A stretch of DNA of 64,000 nucleotides from the IMG/VR virus record IMGVR_UViG_3300037963_002171, positions 1,986 through 65,985 of that record. One strand, given 5' to 3'. Every line of letters begins with the position of its first letter. Within the stretch, counting starts at the first letter, position 1. Below the pieces are notes generated by a model. It ran no database searches and had not been told where the DNA came from. It saw only the letters and a list, made by a program, of their open reading frames with translations. The translations under genes were made by a program, and so were the position numbers. Origin of the DNA: a virus. Lineage: Duplodnaviria; Caudoviricetes. Of this stretch, positions 61,631 to 64,000 are shown in pieces.

Positions 61631-64000
61631 TTAATCTTCTTTTCTTATAAGAGCTCTTCTAGCAAACATAGGCATTCCTTTAATAAAAGAACCTTTTGCT
61701 TTGCTGTCGCCCTTTTTAAAATATTTTGTATCTCTCTCATATTCAGCACCTTTTGCAAAGAAATATAAACCTGAAGTTATATTATCTGCAGTACGTAATA
61801 CAGGAGGAACAACCATGTGTCTTAACTTAGATATGTTCATTAATAAAAACATATCACCAGTTAAACTCCACATATTATTAATTATAGGATTATCATCACT
61901 TTCATCATCCATTCCACTAGCTAAAGCAATAAGTATAAATAATCCCACAGCACCCTGTGCACCTCTCCACATTCTTTTAACAGCTTCTTGTTTAAAGTCA
62001 GGAAGTTTGTTAAATGTTTCAACAGAAACACCATCTTTAGCAAAGTTTTTTACAAGTTCACTGGTTGCTCTTAATGTTCCAATTTTTTTCTTACCAAACC
62101 TATCTATTCTTTCACTACCCAATCTATCTACAGTATAGGTTGGCAACCATCTTTTGAATTGTAAAAGACCATCAAGTATAAAATAATTTTGTACCAATCT
62201 TTGGTCTGTTGCAGTATAACCTCTACCTTGAACCTCATATACATTTGATTTATATTGTATTGCAGACTCTTTATCTAAATCTGAAAACACCTCTTCATTG
62301 CTTTTAGTTGTTTCATATTTATTCATGCCTGGCTTCACCTCAACTACACCATCTTTAACTGTAAAAGAATCCCATTGTGCATCAGTAAATTGCCCAACAA
62401 AAGCTGCTTTTTGTATATAGTTTTCAGAACCAATCATTGGAGAAAATAAAAACGAACCCATATATCCAGTAAAAGCACCTTCAGTAATTTGGTCAGAAGC
62501 ATCAGCTATTAAATTAAAGTAATTTGAAACAGCTTGTGTTTTTTTCATTGCTTCAAAATTGTTTTTTATACCCCAAAACCTTCTTTCCGCTTTTGCAAAA
62601 TCCCATAAGTTAGACCTTCTATACTCATTGTATTTACCAATAGCAATATTCATAACAGCTATTTGTGGTTTTAAAGCTAACCCCACAAGCATTGTCCAAC
62701 TCATTAACCATTGGAAAACATAATCTATAGCTGTTCTTTTACCATCTCTACTTATTAAAGATTTCTTTTCCTCACTAAACACATACCTGTCTAAGTATAG
62801 TTCTTTAGCCCATTTAGCAACCTTTTCATTTCCTCTAAAACGATTAAGAGCTATAACGCCGTCTATAAGAGGTTTAATAGCAGAAGTTCCTGTATATGTA
62901 AAGTTTTTACCATCTAGGGTTTGAGTTTCCATACCATGAGTAAACATAGTTTCTGCCATATAAGTGTCTAATGACCTTTGAATATCCCAAGAAGCCATAT
63001 ATCCAGATTTAGATGAACGACCAGAAAGGTGTCTACTAAATTTATCTTGTGATGTTAGGCTTTCCATTTCTTCTGCTATTAAAGCTTTTTTTCCTGCAGC
63101 ATCTACACCAGACTTTATATATTCTTCAGCTTGTTTTGTTAATTTTCTTAACTCCGCAGTCATTTTAACGTCTGAAGGTGGTGGTGGTATATTTGGATAC
63201 TTAACAACACCTGCGCCCTCTTCTTTCATTGCTTGTCTATATTCTTCTATAGCTTTAGGCGATTGGGCAATCTGGTAATAATTAATAAAGTCTTTTAGTG
63301 GCAACACCTCTGTTCTTCCTGTTATAGGATTGTAACCTTTTACATTAATATCTCTATGTTTAGAGTCATAGTTAAAAGAAATGTATGTTGCAGGAAGTTT
63401 TCTAGCTAAAGCCATCTCAAGCATACCTGCTCTACGATTTGGAATATAAAGTCTTTGTTTGCCACTTAAAACCTTTTGACCATTCATATCTGTTTTTGTA
63501 GACAAATGATTACTAGCCATTGTTGTCATTCCGTGATACATTACATAATAATCTATTTCAGCATCACTTAATATTCTTTTACCATTTTGGTCTTTTTTAT
63601 AAAGATTGTTTTTATTTATAGTGCCATCTTCATTTATAAAGTCAGCTCTTAATCTTAACTCTCTATAAAAACGACCTTCTTCAGCATTATAACCCTCCAC
63701 CTCTTCTGCTATATTTGAAAATATATGTCTATTAAATGTTTTAAAGTGTCTTATATACGATATACCTTGATAAGCACCAAACATAACCCACCAAAGAGGA
63801 CCTGCAGATTCTTTGAATTTACTTTTTAATAAAGCGTTAAAAGCTTTTGATGTTTTTCTTCTTATAGTATTTAACTCTCTTCTGTAAATCATTTCTGATT
63901 TATCTATATCTCTAAGCATTTTTGCAACCTCCATCATCTCTTCGTTAAATGCATCTGGATTACCCCATAAATCCCCTGAAGTAACGTCTGCAATACTTTT
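61631..64000 (-). CDS. C-terminal part (>=789 aa) of a large virion protein, probably the end of the giant RNAP-containing gene
   Basis: Frame stays open from 63937 to the window end (KSIADVTSGDLWGNPDAFNEEMM); helical with hydrophobic segments, typical of ejection-protein C-termini. Confidence 0.7.
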   Translation of the reverse strand, partial: KSIADVTSGDLWGNPDAFNEEMMEVAKMLRDIDKSEMIYRRELNTIRRKTSKAFNALLKSKFKESAGPLWWVMFGAYQGISYIRHFKTFNRHIFSNIAEEVEGYNAEEGRFYRELRLRADFINEDGTINKNNLYKKDQNGKRILSDAEIDYYVMYHGMTTMASNHLSTKTDMNGQKVLSGKQRLYIPNRRAGMLEMALARKLPATYISFNYDSKHRDINVKGYNPITGRTEVLPLKDFINYYQIAQSPKAIEEYRQAMKEEGAGVVKYPNIPPPPSDVKMTAELRKLTKQAEEYIKSGVDAAGKKALIAEEMESLTSQDKFSRHLSGRSSKSGYMASWDIQRSLDTYMAETMFTHGMETQTLDGKNFTYTGTSAIKPLIDGVIALNRFRGNEKVAKWAKELYLDRYVFSEEKKSLISRDGKRTAIDYVFQWLMSWTMLVGLALKPQIAVMNIAIGKYNEYRRSNLWDFAKAERRFWGIKNNFEAMKKTQAVSNYFNLIADASDQITEGAFTGYMGSFLFSPMIGSENYIQKAAFVGQFTDAQWDSFTVKDGVVEVKPGMNKYETTKSNEEVFSDLDKESAIQYKSNVYEVQGRGYTATDQRLVQNYFILDGLLQFKRWLPTYTVDRLGSERIDRFGKKKIGTLRATSELVKNFAKDGVSVETFNKLPDFKQEAVKRMWRGAQGAVGLFILIALASGMDDESDDNPIINNMWSLTGDMFLLMNISKLRHMVVPPVLRTADNITSGLYFFAKGAEYERDTKYFKKGDSKAKGSFIKGMPMFARRALIRKED

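Noticed and set aside
1-64000. Stop-codon reassignment as in some crAss-like phages
   Set aside because: Genes are full length in code 11, TAG and TGA both serve as stops, and no suppressor tRNA was seen.
63998-64000. Window ends join in frame if position 64000 is ligated to position 1
   Set aside because: One-in-three coincidence and the window length is arbitrary; the missing length is unknown.
1-64000. CRISPR array, integrase, reverse transcriptase/DGR, inteins
   Set aside because: No regularly spaced repeats or diagnostic motifs were found by eye; terminase and DnaB have normal lengths.

Overview
AT-rich dsDNA phage DNA, most likely a nearly complete, circularly permuted genome of a compact crAss-like (Crassvirales-related) podophage. 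The host is probably Bacteroidota, likely a flavobacterium: TAnnTTTG promoters are present and there are no Shine-Dalgarno sites. The minus-strand late region runs 39100->1 and apparently continues 64000->51421. It carries terminase, portal, scaffold-like protein, major capsid, ring/IHF/muzzle tail genes, ejection proteins (one with a lytic transglycosylase domain) and a giant gene whose 1-8247 part is missing from the ORF track. That gene combines membrane segments, a HExxH zincin and a DxDGD two-barrel RNA polymerase. Lysis genes, a secreted/outer-membrane module and many small basic proteins follow. The plus-strand early region (39652-51360) encodes a GATase/amidoligase/GGCT set and a lambda-like replication/recombination module (initiator-like domain, DnaB, Sak4-like ATPase, SSB-like, NinB, RusA-like, RecE-like, DnaA domain IV). 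No DNA polymerase, primase or integrase was recognised. The most unusual signals are a ~180-nt multi-stem RNA, recurrent 5'-3' long-range complementarity around transcription units, a repeated early-region motif, an H-type pseudoknot, a shared GG/C-terminal QYD tag on virion-cargo-like proteins, and a T9SS-cargo/beta-barrel module. All calls come from manual motif reading; no database searches were run.
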